Assembly (NCBI GenBank): GCA_951406725.2
Contig: OX597820.1
Span: 54,250,001-54,314,000, forward strand
Length of the DNA: 64,000 bases
Reading direction: 5' to 3'
From: Octopus vulgaris
Lineage: Eukaryota
Both the position numbers and the translations under genes were made by a program. This document shows positions 15,940 to 29,967 of this stretch, piece by piece. Numbering within the stretch: position 1 is the first letter of the stretch; each line of letters starts with the position of its first letter. A model generated the notes under the pieces. It did not search any database. It was not told where the DNA came from and was given only the letters and a program-made list of their open reading frames with translations.

Positions 15940-17220
15940 ATGAACCACAGAACTCTGCATTCAACAAAACAGTGGCTCATAATGTGTTTGCAGTGCCAGT
16001 ACTCATACCAACATTTGGGCTGCTTGATAGGACGCTTAATGAGATCCGAACCATTCATGTGAAAACCCGAAAAATACTAACAAGTACACATAATTTCCAC
16101 ATAAACAGTGACGTAGACCGCCTCTACCTAAAACGACAGAGGCTTAACATCGATCCAAAATACCTTTGAATGTTGCCTCATATCTCTTCGGCAACATCTT
16201 TTAACCACCAAGCGTCGAAGTTCGTCCCATGACCAAGTTTGGATACATGAGGCTGATAACATCATAAGACATAGAAGGCAGCTCCTTGATCAACACTCTT
16301 TGTCTGATAACCTAGAATGCATGCCCAAAGAAGATGCACGACATATCAGATGAAAAGATGAGCCTATATCAGGAGAAGACTACGCTTGGATATGCTACAA
16401 GAAAGCTCCATGAAGATAGTAACATCGATCATCAAAGCAGTTTATTATGGACCAATAGTCGGACTACTACCTCGCACTTCGAAGGGTATGTGTTTCCAAT
16501 CCAGGCTCAGGAAATAACAACCAAGTACCTGATGCACAAAAGGGATAGAGATGCGGGGAAAGCCGTAAAATGTGACAACTGATGCAGACTCTGTGGAGTT
16601 CACACTGAAGATATCCCCCACATGATAAGTAGTTATCCGAAAATGTCATCACGGTATTATCTACCGATGAGACATGATGTTATAGCTAGGATACTATATA
16701 ATGAAATCCGTCGGAAGACTAACTCCGAAAACAAAGAAATAAGAACCCACAGTGTGGTAGAAGCCATAGCCACTCATATTGAAAAAGAGTACTGGTGGAA
16801 TGTCCCCGTGAAAACCTTAATAAAATGTAAGCACAACAGACCTGATATAATGATTTGGGATAAAGAAGAGAATCGGTGCACAACTGTGGAAATTAGCTGC
16901 CTAGCGGATGTTAACATAAAACTGAAGATCAGTGAAAAAGAAAATACATACGCTGAACTATTGAGAAATCTGCAATTACTTTATCCAGATTACAAGTTCA
17001 GGTTTATACCTGTAAATATTGGGGCCCTGGGATATGTAACACACGGTCTAAATACCGATGTTGAGAAATTAGGTTTCTCAAAACCAGAAAGGAGAAAGCT
17101 AATTTGAAAACTACAGATCCAATCTATCACTGGAACTGTTAAAGTCTGTAAAACTTTCCAGAAGTTTATCATTTAAAAATATATGAGCATGTCTAGATAT
17201 GTAACTATATGATGAGAATA
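15940..17220 (+). mobile_element. 5'-truncated R4/Dong-clade non-LTR retrotransposon with restriction-like endonuclease
   Basis: Thumb region [12 protein letters not shown]...KTRKILT...SDVDRLYL, zinc knuckle CRLCG...H, RHDVIA, NRPDIMIWDK, VEISC, KENTY, IPVNIGALG. Stops and frameshifts present. Confidence 0.9.
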
Positions 17221-17230
17221 CATACATACA

Positions 17231-17264
<34 letters not shown>

Positions 17265-17690
17265 CATAATACATACATACATACATACATACATACATAC
17301 ATACATACATACATACATACATACATACCCAGTTGGTATTATTAAAATTCCAAAGAAGGAGCCTTAAATCTAGGTTAGATACTGGCTCTTTCTCTACGTG
17401 TAAGAAATCTTGAAATAAAACTGAATAATGGCATACATACACACATACATATTTACATACAAACACATCATTTAAGCACATATACAAACACATCTTTTGA
17501 CACATTATTACAATGCTACATACTTAGGAGAAGCAGCAACAAAAATACAATATACGCCTACACAATGATACTTATATTTTTTTAACTTACATATGTACAT
17601 AGATAACGACATAAAAGAGATGTGTATGTATATATCAAAAATTATGTAAACACAATTTTAGTAGAAGAAACGGGTCGATTTACGACTGTA

Positions 17691-17900
17691 TATGAGGATC
17701 AGCTGAAAAGTTCATAGGATGAGCAAAACGCTCTCATGGAATGTGACCAAATGAGATTTATTTTTCAACATAGTCCCCCTTGCGGTCCACACACTTCTTC
17801 AATCGGTATTGCATTATTTGAATCCCATTGATGAAGAAGCTTTTATCCTGTTGGTCAAAAAATTCATCAACGGGAGATATGACATCATCATCACTGCAAT
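17691..17900 (-). mobile_element. Mariner 3'-end fragment
   Basis: Minus frame ends SFFINGIQ...RLKKCVDRKGDYVEK*, a mariner C-terminus. TIR-like TATGAGGATCAGCTGAAAAGTTC. Confidence 0.8.
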
Positions 17901-18407
17901 AAAACTGATTAATGACATACATACATACATACATACATACATACATACATACATACATACATACATACACAAGATAACAGGTTTTCCCACACACAAATGG
18001 AAGTATAAAGAAAAGAAAACTTGAAGATGTGGTTTATGTTCAAAATATTTACAATTACTTTCACAATTTTCATGATTTTCAAAACTAGCTAAATATAGAG
18101 AGTCCTGGAAGCTGTAATGTATTTGGATTAAATTTTCAATGGGTGTTTACCACAGATTGTTCAGAAGGCAGTTCTTCATATTTGATTGCTGATACTGTCT
18201 ATCAGAGTATGCTGACTGGCTGAGTTACGCTTAGTTGCTTTTCGTTTCTTTGTTTAGTCCAGTGATTTTTACGTAGTCTTATATAAGAACTGGACCACCC
18301 TGATTGGTTAGTGCCCACGTATCTGGCAAATATATTTAGGGAATTCAATGAGTTCACTTGATTATAATAACTTATCATAATTTTTCATCTCTTTTTATAT
18401 GTATATA

Positions 18408-19227
18408 CAGGGTGCAGTGAATATATTGTTGTCTAAATTACACAAAAAAAATGAAAATAACACTAACATCTCATTTTAACAGATATATTTACCAAAATTT
18501 CATTAAAATATTTTGAAATACTGTAAAGAGTATCTCCTGCAACTCTTCTGGACAGTCTCCTTGTTTAAGTTGGTGAATGCTACCTTAATCCTTGCCTTCA
18601 GTTCCTCTTTGGTGTTACAAGGAGTGTTGTTGGTCTCTCGCTCAACTGTGCCCAACACATAATAATCAAGGGGGTTGCAGTCTGGGGAATTAGGTGGACA
18701 GATATTAGGGGTGATGTGGTCGCTCAGATTGTCTGACAGCCATGACTGGGTTCTCCTGCTTGTGTGGCATGGTGCAGAGTTCTGTTGCCAGACAAAGGGC
18801 CTTCTAGCAGCTACCCTCTTGACCAGGGCAGCACTCTCCTCCCGGGCACTGATGTAGGCCTCCGTGTTGCGTTTGAGGTTGTGTGGGAAGATGAATGGAA
18901 GCATAACGTCGCCATCACTAGTGATCACTCCAAACACCTTGATGTTCACTGGATATTTGATTTTTATCACTCTCAGTATGTGTTCTCAGATTGCACTGTC
19001 CTCAGATTGATACCCAAACATTTAGAAATGTTCGTATTCCAGCGTGAATGCCAAGCAGCACAACATGTCGTTTCCAAATTTCTGGCAGAGTGAATTGCGT
19101 CATGGTGCTTTTTTTTTTTCTCACAGGCGGTGCCCAACTATAGTGTAGTCGACAAATTTAAAAACAAACAATGCGCATGCGTGAAATTAAAAATATAAAA
19201 TGGCGACAATTTACCCATCGCACCCTG
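18408..19227 (-). mobile_element. maT-type (DD37D) Tc1/mariner element, internally deleted
   Basis: TA|CAGGGTGC...GCACCCTG|TA termini. In the ORF, QQNSAPCH...PPNSPDCNPLDY has 37 residues between the second catalytic position (mutated D>N) and the third Asp. Confidence 0.9.
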
Positions 19228-19302
19228 TAACTGCGAATACATATATGTTTTATTTTCATCATGTTTTTTTTTCCTTCTCTCACCATGTTTTTCCTCTTAA
19301 CC

Positions 19303-19338
19303 CTTTCTGTCGAAGAGCGTAGGCTCGAAACGTCAAAG
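19303..19338 (+). ncRNA. Minimal type I hammerhead-ribozyme-like motif (PLE-associated), degenerate core
   Basis: CTTT-CTGTCGA-A-GAGC-gtag-GCTC-GAAAC-GTC-AAAG: stem I, core with A6>U, stem II and a GUC triplet. Confidence 0.6.
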
Positions 19339-19467
19339 ACTTTTCCATTCTTCCCGAACTCCATCCTAATACAACTTGTTGTTCCCTCACGTGTCTTCGT
19401 CTTTTGTTTTCTGTAACTTTGAACTATATATAAAGATATATATGTAAGTATGTATTTTTGTATGTGC

Positions 19468-19517
<50 letters not shown>

Positions 19518-19688
19518 AAAGAGACTGATAGAATAGAAGTTGTTCGATATTAATGGCGGTGCTCCAGCATGGCCGCAGTCAAATGACTGAAGTAAAAGAA
19601 TAAAAGAAGATATATATATCTAAATTATATATACATATATATATGTATGTATGTCTTTATATATATATATATTATATTACATATATAT

Positions 19689-19758
<70 letters not shown>

Positions 19759-20020
19759 CATTTGACATGGAAATAAGTATATGTACTGATGGAAAACCTC
19801 TATGAATGGGTGAAGATTGCTCAACATTTTAAAACTGATGTAATACAAGGTTTAATAAAATGTTGTAGCATGAAACGATCGTACCAAATTACCGAAGATA
19901 TTCTTGTTGCTTACTTTGATTATAATCACCCCCATGGATTTATATGGATAATACTGTACAAAATTCTGGTGCATCTGACTTAAGTACCATATTCATTTGA
20001 ATCTAAATTTTGCTGAACTT

Positions 20021-20060
<40 letters not shown>

Positions 20061-20279
20061 TAAAATAGAAGATTGGGTAAAATTCTTAGTATTTTCTAGT
20101 CAGCATTATACATGTTTCGGTTGCTAAAAGGAGTTACAAAATTGTACATATGTAGGAAAAGCATGTAAGATATTGTCTATTAGAAATTCCTCAGACAGAG
20201 AATCAAACAAAGCCGAAATATGCTAATGTCCTTCACGAGGACACTGCTTGGATTACAGCCTAATCTACGTAATAAACAA

Positions 20280-20328
<49 letters not shown>

Positions 20329-20405
20329 CAATTCTTAGTGGTTGAGACCCTCGCGGATCTATCTTTAGCGTAAGAGCGTTCACATAGTGGATTTTCTCTC
20401 ATATT

Positions 20406-20463
<58 letters not shown>

Positions 20464-20470
20464 CATATAT

Positions 20471-20503
<33 letters not shown>

Positions 20504-21292
20504 ATACACATATTTACATACATGCCTTCACATATAATTCTGTGTGTATACGTGTGTCTGTGTGTTGTAGGAGGCCATATACGGCCTATACTTGTTTATT
20601 ATGCAAATTCAGCAGTATTATTCCTTGTATTACAAAAGTTTTTGCTGAATTCTTCTGTTGTGAAAGAGTGATGTCGGGGTTTGCTGTTAAGACCTGGTTG
20701 GTGGTTGTTTACTTACTTAATCTGCTCTCATCACTGAGGGCGATCAACTACTTGAGAAATGACCTCAGCCATTTAGAAAAACAATAGGGTACTCTCTTAC
20801 GCTCTTACTACACATGAGAGAAAGGAGAGATTGGGATGAGTGGGGGTGTACGAAAAAGAAAAGAAAGGATGAAAGTGAGAAACTCTGTGTGTGTACGTGT
20901 GTACGCGTGAGTGAAAGAGAGAGAGAGAGATTAATGGAAAGTGAATTAAAGGTAATGAAAGAGATGGTGGGAGGTGAAAAACTGTTGTGAAACAATGGTC
21001 ACACCACCATCCCTTCTTCACTATCAGGACCTCCACCACCACCAACACAGTCCTCATCATCCTCATCATCATCACCATCATAATCATGATCATCCTTATC
21101 ATTATCATCACCATCATAATCATAATCGTCATCGTTATCATTTTTGTCCTCCGCTTCTTCGTCACCATCACCCGCAGCAGCTACAATAGCAATGTTACCA
21201 CAATCTTAACACCACCACCAGAAAGAACTACAGTGACGAGCAACGTGGTCGCTGGAAATGCTTGAATGTATATATATATGTATGTGTATATA

Positions 21293-21350
<58 letters not shown>

Positions 21351-21370
21351 CACACATATATATGTGTGTG

Positions 21371-21401
<31 letters not shown>

Positions 21402-21695
21402 GTGTGTAGGTAAGTAGGTAGGTGTTTTTATTTATGTCTCTCCCCCACCCCACTTGACAAACAGTGATGGTTTGTTTATACCCCTGTAACATAGTTCGGC
21501 AAAAGTGACCGATAGCATAAGTACCAGACTTTAAAAATAAGTTTAGGCCGCTGTCCAATGATTGAAACAAGTAAAATTAATAAATTAATTATTAAAGGAA
21601 TACGTTTTCTTTCATAAACAACGAGAAAGAAATTGCACCATGTATGATCAACATATAAAATCCAGAGATTCTCAGTATAGAAGACAGTAGTTCTC

Positions 21696-21875
21696 AATTG
21701 ATTCGAACTTAGACTCCGATGTCTTTACATGGGATCATTTCGACGGGATAAAGAGCTGCTATAAGAGGGATCAAGTTGCCTCCATACCTGCTCAACATAA
21801 TCCCTCTTATAGCCAGTCTTTACTCTGTGGAATCGATCCCCTGTAAAGACATCGGAGTCTAAGTTTGAACCATTT
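21696..21875. repeat. Long fold-back inverted repeat (~80-bp arms), MITE-like
   Basis: TTCGAACTTAGACTCCGATGTCTTTACA...CTATAAGAGGGAT pairs with ATCCCTCTTATAG...TGTAAAGACATCGGAGTCTAAGTTTGAA. Confidence 0.85.
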
Positions 21876-22604
21876 GTGCTTCATATGATACGCATTGCCA
21901 ATTTTCTTCAACCATCAGATGTTTTGCAAATAACTTGCACATGCAGGTACTATCAGTCGAGAACTCCGCATACCGGAAGCCAGTAAATGTATGGGGTCAT
22001 CAAGAGAGGATGAGCACCCTTTCGGGGCCTACTTCTCGACGGCATCAATGTGCACCGGCCCTCCTCACTTGTGGATAATGCTTTAGAGAAGCAAAGTGTT
22101 AGATATTCCAGTATTTTGTAATTTGAAAGTTTATTGGCGATACTACACAATATATCTCCGTTTTTTTTAAATTTTATTATTATTTTTTATTATTTTCACG
22201 ATATGTAAATATTTCCAGGTTGTCAGAAAGAATTTTTCGGATTTCTTTTCCTTGTTAATGGAATACGAGGCATTTACACTGCGAATAATAACTTTAAATA
22301 TCTTTTAGCGATGTATATACACTACAGATAAAAAAAATATGACGACAAATTTACCGATGACGTATTTGGTATGACGATGTGTTTCTCGACATGTACTGAC
22401 GCGCTATGAAATTAGCAAGCGATGATGTTAGCTGACGATGAAACAATAGTTGATGTAATTAATATGATTCAGTAAACAACGTAAAAGGCAGAAATCGAGC
22501 TGATCAAACTTCTCTCATTGACGCAGGCCTCTATCCTGGAGTGTCATGAATCTAATCGTTGTGAGCCACAATCCCACCTTCCACTACAATTTGACCTGGA
22601 TCTC

Positions 22605-23890
22605 TCTCCGTTACGACGTGGAGGATTCCAGTTGATTCGAACAACGGGACAACCTGCTCGTGAAATTAACGTGCAAGTGGCTGAGCACTTCACAGACACG
22701 CGTAGCCTTAACATAGTTCTCAGCCAGAATCAGGGTGACACAGTATGTGACAAAACTGGCCCTTTGAATTACAGATACAACTCAATTTTGAGCAACATGA
22801 AATAAAGTGTCCTACTCAAGGATGCAAATACGCTGCCAGGAATCGAACTCACGACCTTACAATCGTGAGTCGAATACCCTAACCACTAAACCACGCACCT
22901 TCACATTTTAATTTCTCTTTAATCGGTCACCGAACGGTGTGAAACAAAAGGCAAGGTCAAATGCGGGAGGATATAAACCCAGTACATAAAGGGACATAAC
23001 TAAATATTCTTTTCTACTCTAGGCACAAGGCCCGAAATTTTGGGGGAGGAGCTCAGTCGATTAGATCGACGCCAGCATGCAAACTGGTACTCAATTTATC
23101 GACCCCGAAAGGATGAAAGGCAAAGTCGACCTCAGCGGAATTTGAACTCAGAACGTAGCGGCAGACGAAATACCTATTTCTTTACTACCCACAAGGGGCT
23201 AAACACAGAGAGAACAAACAAGGACAGACAAACGGATTAAGTCGATTATATCGACCCCAGTGTGTAACTGGTACTTATTTAATCGATCCTGAAAGAATGA
23301 AAAGCAAAGTCGACCTCGGAGAAATTTCAACTCAGAACGTAACGGCAGACGAAATACTGCCAAGCATTTCGCCCGGCGTACTAACGTTTCTGCCAACTCG
23401 CTGCCTAGCCATAACTATTATAAGATACTTATTTCACATCTACATGTTTCTGTATCTCCACTCTTTAACGTTGGAAAATTTTCATAACGTAAGTTTTATT
23501 AGACTTGCATCAGAGGTTTTCAAACGATGAGGTAAGAGCCCTATAATGACTCTAAAAGGATAAAGAACTCCTTCGGTCATGAATGACCTTGGAATTGCAC
23601 CTAGAAACTTCCCCTCCGAGGCACAACTCCGGGCAATGTTGTTTATGAAAGACCAGCAGTCGCCCATACAGACCAGTATCCTTCCCCATGCCACTGATGT
23701 TATCCAAGGACAGAGCAAAGGCCGATACAGCTTGGCATCAGTGACGTCGCACCTCATTTCTACAACTGAATGAATTGGAGCAACGTGAAATAAAGTGTCT
23801 TGCTCAAGAACACAGCACACTACCCGTTCCGGGAATCGAACCCGCTTTCTCATGATTGTAAGCCCGACGCCTTACTAAGTCATGCGCCTT
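22605..23890 (-). mobile_element. Cluster of minus-strand SINEs (family D, dimeric family B, D-related)
   Basis: Reverse-complement tRNA-like heads end near 22885, 23410 and 23890. Homologous to plus copies at 44525-44856 and 61217-61620 and a minus copy at 50870-51155. Confidence 0.8.
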
Positions 23891-24256
23891 ACTAAGGATC
23901 CAATTAGTAAGCAATTTCAGGATCTATGTGAGCTGAGATATTATTGGGCAACTGTGTTGTCCTGTCAGCTGACTACGTCCATAATAGCAAAGTCATTATT
24001 ATCAGCGTTGTTTTCTTTTCTTTTTTTCTTTTGTTTCTTTTCCATTGTAATATCAAGTTACTTCACTTTGTAACTATTAAGTTACGACAACCAAGTTCCG
24101 TGTTCTAAGATATATTTGAGTTCAGCAGCACTTAATTTATAACATTTATAAATGAGAAATTAGACAAATCAGACTGGAAAATATTGGTATAGTTTTAATA
24201 TATTATATATATCAATATATGCAAATACATATGTCACACACACACACACATATATA

Positions 24257-24660
24257 GGCGCAGGTGTAGCTGTGTGGCAAGAAATTTGCTTCCTAACCAC
24301 ATGATTCCAGGTTCAGTTCCACTGCGTGGCACCTTGGGCAACTATAACCTCGGGTCGACCAAAGCCTTGTGAGTGGATTTGGTGGACGGAAACTGAATGA
24401 AGCCCTTTGTATATTTATATCTAGTATACATCTATGTGTGTGTGTCTTTGTGTCTGTGTGTTGTCCCACCCCCATCACTGCTTGACAACCGGTGTTGGTG
24501 TGTTTACGTCTTCGTTACCTAGCATTCCGGCAAAAGCGAACGATAGAATAATTACTAGGCTTTAAAAAAATAAGTCCTGGGGGTTGACCTGTTCGACTAA
24601 GACCCTGCAAGGCGGTACTCCAGTATGGCCGCAGTCAAGTGACTGAAACAAGTGAAAAGA
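24257..24660 (+). mobile_element. Full-length tRNA-derived SINE family A (CORE-like region, internal TA/TG microsatellite)
   Basis: GGCGCAGG..TGTGTGG head, GGTTCAGTTCC B-box, GGCACCTTGGGCAA, tail GACTGAAACAAGT. Further copies at ~1634, 8750, 14840, 42060, 59760 and 60400 (+) and 33275 and 63170 (-). Confidence 0.88.
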
Positions 24661-24676
24661 TATACACACACAGGTG

Positions 24677-24708
<32 letters not shown>

Positions 24709-24716
<8 letters not shown>

Positions 24717-26026
24717 ACAGAAGTAGACATCCTTATAATCATTAACATTTATTTAAATCTGAAATTATACGTTCAAATTATTTGTTAATCGTTATAATGT
24801 AAACATTTAATATTTAGTAGACATGCCATTTGCATTTTTCAATGCAAGGACCCTATTAGCTATGTTACTGATCAGATGACGAATATTCTCTTGCGGAATT
24901 TCTTGCCAGGTTTCATGCAGTAATCTTAAAAGATCTGGCTTTGAAGATGCTTTCTTGTTCTATTTATGAAGCGTCCTGTCCATTATGTCCCAGGGGTGTT
25001 CAACTGGGTTCACATCAGGTGACTGGCTTGGCTATGGAAGCTTTTTAATGCCATTCTCATCCGTCAATCTCGGGTCATTTTAGCCGTGTGACAAGAGCCC
25101 TATCTTCCATAAATAGTCTTCTTTAATCATTTCATAACTGGAGATTGGAAGGAGACCTTTCAGCAATATGGACACATACTTATCTGAGTTTATGTTTCCC
25201 TCACACTCCACCAACTTTGATCAACCATTGCTCCAATTTGCTCCCCCAGACCATCACAGAATAGCTGCCGTGTTTCGTTGCTGGCTGCAATCTTTTCACA
25301 TCAAATTCTTGATCACAGAGTCACCAGACCACTGTCCGGAAATATAGCAATTCTAGATTCATCAGAGATTATGACAGTGTCCCAAAATGCTAGTAGCCTC
25401 TCCACCATTTCACTGGCCCAATATTTTCTGTGCTCGATGTTGGCTGGTCGAAGAAATGGCTTCCTTCTTGCTGCTCTGCCATAGTAAACAAGATTGTGGA
25501 GATACCTGACAGCTGTTTTGGGACTGACATCAACTTATTCAGCTAAGTCAGAGGCCTTGCAACGAGAATTATCCTCCACACTTCTCTTAGTAAAGAGAAG
25601 TGTCCTGTCAGAGGACTGGTTGATCTGGGCGAGGTGATGTGGACTCCTTCCCCTCTCTGGCGAATTGCACAATCACTCTATTAACTATAGAAAGCTGGAC
25701 CCCAAGGTTTTCTGCGATTCTATGCTGGTTATATCCACCTTCAGAACGACTCATAATATGGCCTCTTTGAAATTCAGACAGTTCCAAGACTTCTTTTGTA
25801 CATGGCATGATTAAACAGTCACATATAGAACCTGAAACATAAAAATGTCAATTAATAAAAAAATATATAAACCTTTACAATAAGGGTAGAAATTAATATT
25901 ATTGAATAATACCAATTTGAACCGTTGGTCAGCATACGTAAAAAAACGTCCGAGAACTGTAAATTATATTTAAATCTTTACAAGTTCGATGTTTTACGTG
26001 GTGTCTATTTACTTCTGTCATGTCTG
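24709..26026 (-). mobile_element. Decayed full-length Tc1 (DD34E-type) transposon
   Basis: TIRs CATGACAGAAGTA...TACTTCTGTCATGTCTG|TA. N-terminal HTH ELSEFQRGHI...IAENLGV and C-terminal PSQSPDVNPVEHPW. Confidence 0.9.
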
Positions 26027-27179
26027 TATATATACATATATATATATTCTTAGGCACAGGCGTGGAAGAGTGACAACGCGTGCAAACCGAACCAGTTGGA
26101 TTTGCGCTACAAATTACAACATGTTTGTCACCTGTGCTTCAAACCGTGCAAATTTGCAACGGAACTAGTCGTCTGAGAGGTCATGGATAGAAAGTCAGAA
26201 ATATCATTGACAAAAGGAAGTAAAAGGAGACGGTAGTCGTATGTTAAAATGATTAATCACCATATACGTATATATAAATTAATGAACATATAAACTAATG
26301 AACTGTGTCAACGTATTTGTGTTATAGACTTGTAAAATAATGAGAATGCATACGTTTTATAAATATACACTTCGCATCGCTGTGCAAATAAAATCCGTGA
26401 TTAAATTACAGGAAACCCTCTGCAGAATAGAGGGTAGTCTAGAAGTCGACAAACCCTTCATAAGCCCTTCACAGAATCGTTGATGATTTCGCAACCGCTA
26501 TCATATAAATTTCTAAAATGAAATTAATACTTACAATTAGTGAAAAAAAATGTTCATAATTTAAATATCAATAATCCCTTCGTTCTTTTGTATCATTACA
26601 GGTTTTTAATAAGTTTTTTTTTAATTAATGAAAATACACGACAAAATTGATAAAGAGCAATAGAAATGTAATCATATTCATTGATGTAGTCGGAATAATT
26701 AATGTGAAATATGTTTTTTGTGAATACTAGTTATTGCATCAATATTTTGTTGGAAATTAGTGAATTTTAGCCTTTAATTACCGAGCTTTTCTACATTCAG
26801 TTTGCTAATAATTCAGCACCCTTAATACTCAAAATTGTGTTGTTTATATTGAACCCTTGAATGACCACGTAAAATCCAATCCCAGGATATCAATATTGAC
26901 CACTTCATCGAGCACTGGTGTAGAATAAGTTCAGCTTGTTTCATTGGTTATTACTGGCTCATCAGGAGTGTTTAATTCGTTCGATCTATAGAGAAAGAGA
27001 TAGAGAAGAAAGGAGAGATTTTGTAGGTGGGGAGAATAGTTTACGTCTGCTTATTGAAAATACACTGAAAAACACTGTTTTTGCCTATTTCCAAATCAAT
27101 CCATTCAGTGATGTCTTGGTTTAATTAACTATAGTTCGTACTGAGGCCATGTAATTTAAGAATTCAATGAAACTAAAGC

Positions 27180-27560
27180 TTCTTCATTCCGATCTGTTGA
27201 CCCCAGTTTTCAAAAGATTCGTAAGGACAGTCGTTCTGAGGAGGAAGAAGAACTAAGAGCAATGAGGTGAGAAGGGGAGACAAATAAGTCGGAAGTGCCT
27301 GAATGGAGATAGCTTAACATCTGTTTCGTGGAATAGAAACCATTATAGTAGCAACAGAAAATGCAGAGGGGTGACAGTATGATTGTGGATCAGAAGGTGA
27401 AGCCAAGTGACTTTATGCCAATCAACCTGGTGACTTTTCCTTGAATGCAGTCAATGGTGTTTGTATTTTTAGCAGCAGCAGCGTTCCTGGTTTTTCATTG
27501 TGAGGCTTACTTGTGCGAGTAGGAGACGCTGTGACACGGCTGTTTTTGGTGCCACCTATT
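27180..27560 (-). mobile_element. CR1/Jockey-type LINE 3' remnant
   Basis: The decayed minus frame resembles the RT C-terminal motifs AQVRPTM..., DCIQ.K, YYNG and SFFLRT. Confidence 0.5.
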
Positions 27561-28659
27561 GGGGTCGCTGATTCGATGCTGACTTGACATCATATGTGTT
27601 AATGTTTCTCTCTATCCTTCGTTCTCTCTCTCACTCTCTCTCTCGCTCTCGCTCTCTCTTTCTCTGTTTATGTGTGAAAGTATCTAGTTATATTTGTATG
27701 TACACGTTATGTCCCCCCTTCACTCTCTCTATCTGTATATGTATATTACTGCGTGCGCATGCATGCATGGTGTTTGCTTCCTCTATCAAAACGTACTCTC
27801 GCCAAAATAAGTTCAATGTCCAGCCAGCTATGCCAGATCGTCTGCATCCAAACAGCCACACCTAATTGCCTCCTTCCGTACTTGTGCTTTGTGGAAAGTC
27901 AGTAATCGTTGGGGGCTGAAGAAAAGGGTCAATTTTGGGGATGCAATCACAGCTATGTTAAGCATGATTTAGAGCTCTTTAGGACTCTAAATGTGTGTTG
28001 CTCATGTTTAAAAGGAACGTGTGGGGACGTTTTCCTGATATAAGTTGTGCTACAAAGACATTTGAAAAATATCAAACATACTTTACATCAACCTACATTA
28101 ATTATTGATTTTGAATGTTGGCATAAGGCTAGCAAGTTTGCGAGGAGGAAGCGAATCTATTATATCGACGCCAGTGCTTGATTGCTACTTATTTTATCGA
28201 CCCCGAAAGGATGGAAAGTAAAGTCGACCTCGGCGGAATTTGATCTCAGAACGTAAAGACGGGTGAAAATACCGTTAAGTATTTTGTCCAGTGGACTGGT
28301 GATTCTACCAGCTCGGCACCTTGATGTACATTAAATATTAGTTTCAAATTTTGGAACAGGGTCAGCAATCTCTGGGTGGGATTAAGTCGATCCCAATGTT
28401 TAACAGGTACTTATTTTATCGACTCCGAATGGATGAAAGCCAAAGTCGACCCCGGCTGCATTCGAACTCAAAATGTAAAATCGGAAGAACTACCGCTAAG
28501 CATTTTTTTCTGGCACCTTAACGGTTCTGCCAGCTCGGGGATCTAATAGAAGACTCTTGCCGAAGATGCCGCACAGTGGCGCTGAACCCAAAACCACGTA
28601 GTTGTAAAGTGAGCTTCTTAAACCATTGAGCCATGTCTGCGCCTATAGAAGTCTTTTGA

Positions 28660-29020
28660 AAATATCACAGACAGGGCATAAACCAATGATGAAGGCCTAA
28701 AAGCGGGAAAATTTAAGAAAATTTTATTTGACTCCAACAAATAAAGAAAACTGTTGTACTTCGACTTAACTAGAAAAAATTGTTTACCGAGACTTACAGA
28801 AAACGAAAATGGCTTATAAAGTATATACAGGTTTACAGACTTAGATTTACAGAAATCTATTGAAGGGAAAATTAAGGGTTAATATGGAAGGGGGAAACCA
28901 GAAATTACGTAGATGGATAACAAGGAATGGACAGACTTAAAGAGTTGTAAATGTGTAAGAACAGCACAGAAAGATCAAGATGGCGATTCATGATATTCAA
29001 ACTATTGAGCAGACGATCCT
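28660..29020 (+). mobile_element. RTE-clade LINE 3' remnant
   Basis: KRKLLYF...IEGKIKG..GRGKP...MDN.KEWT...VRTAQ...RWRFMI pattern. Confidence 0.65.
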
Positions 29021-29437
29021 CATAATAACAGTGGTGTGGAGGAGGAGGAGGAGGAGGAGGAAAGGCAGAGGAAGTGGAGGAGGAAAACGAAAGGAAAGTA
29101 TATTTATACTAATGTGGCCTTCATTTTTCAGATTGTTAGGCTATGATTTAATGGAATTGAGATGTTAGCGCCAGAAGATCGAGAGACACTCGTTAACATG
29201 CAACTGAAGATGATTTCGCACATGACGTGTTTGTGCGTGTATGTATGTGTTTATGTATGTCTGTATATATGTGTGTATGTATGCACGTATGTATATGTGC
29301 GTGTGTGTTGAAAAATATTCAAATTGCCTGCATGTATACGTGTGTATCCTTGTGTGTGTATGTCTACTTGTGGTACATTATCTTTCTTGTCGAGGCTATA
29401 TATGTACAGCTATGCATTTATATATATATATATATAT

Positions 29438-29607
29438 ACGGAGATGTACTTGCAAAGCGAGTGACTTGATCTGAGATCGTGTGCTGGAACGAAAACAATT
29501 GCAGCGTGGAAGGTGTTTATAAGCCATTTAAGAAACACACAAAACCGTTAGATTCTCTTCAACATTTAAATTTAATTTGTCAAAATATTTTCGTCGCTTT
29601 GAGACGA
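29438..29607. repeat. Dispersed repeat, second copy at ~46838-47025
   Basis: TACGGAGATGTACTTGCA...GGAACGAAAACAATTGCAGCGT...CAAAATATTTTCGTC shared between the copies. Abuts (TA)n. Confidence 0.8.
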
Positions 29608-29691
<84 letters not shown>

Positions 29692-29824
29692 GAGGAAGGG
29701 AGAGAGATATATATGCATACATACATATGAGAGATAGACAGAAAAAAGAGAGGGGGAGAGAGAAAACATGTGTATGTACCTGTAAATTTGCATGTGTGGT
29801 AGTAGAAGAGAAAATATGCCTATG

Positions 29825-29857
<33 letters not shown>

Positions 29858-29884
29858 ATACACACACACATATATTTAAATATA

Positions 29885-29920
<36 letters not shown>

Positions 29921-29936
29921 TGTACGTATGTATGTA

Positions 29937-29967
<31 letters not shown>

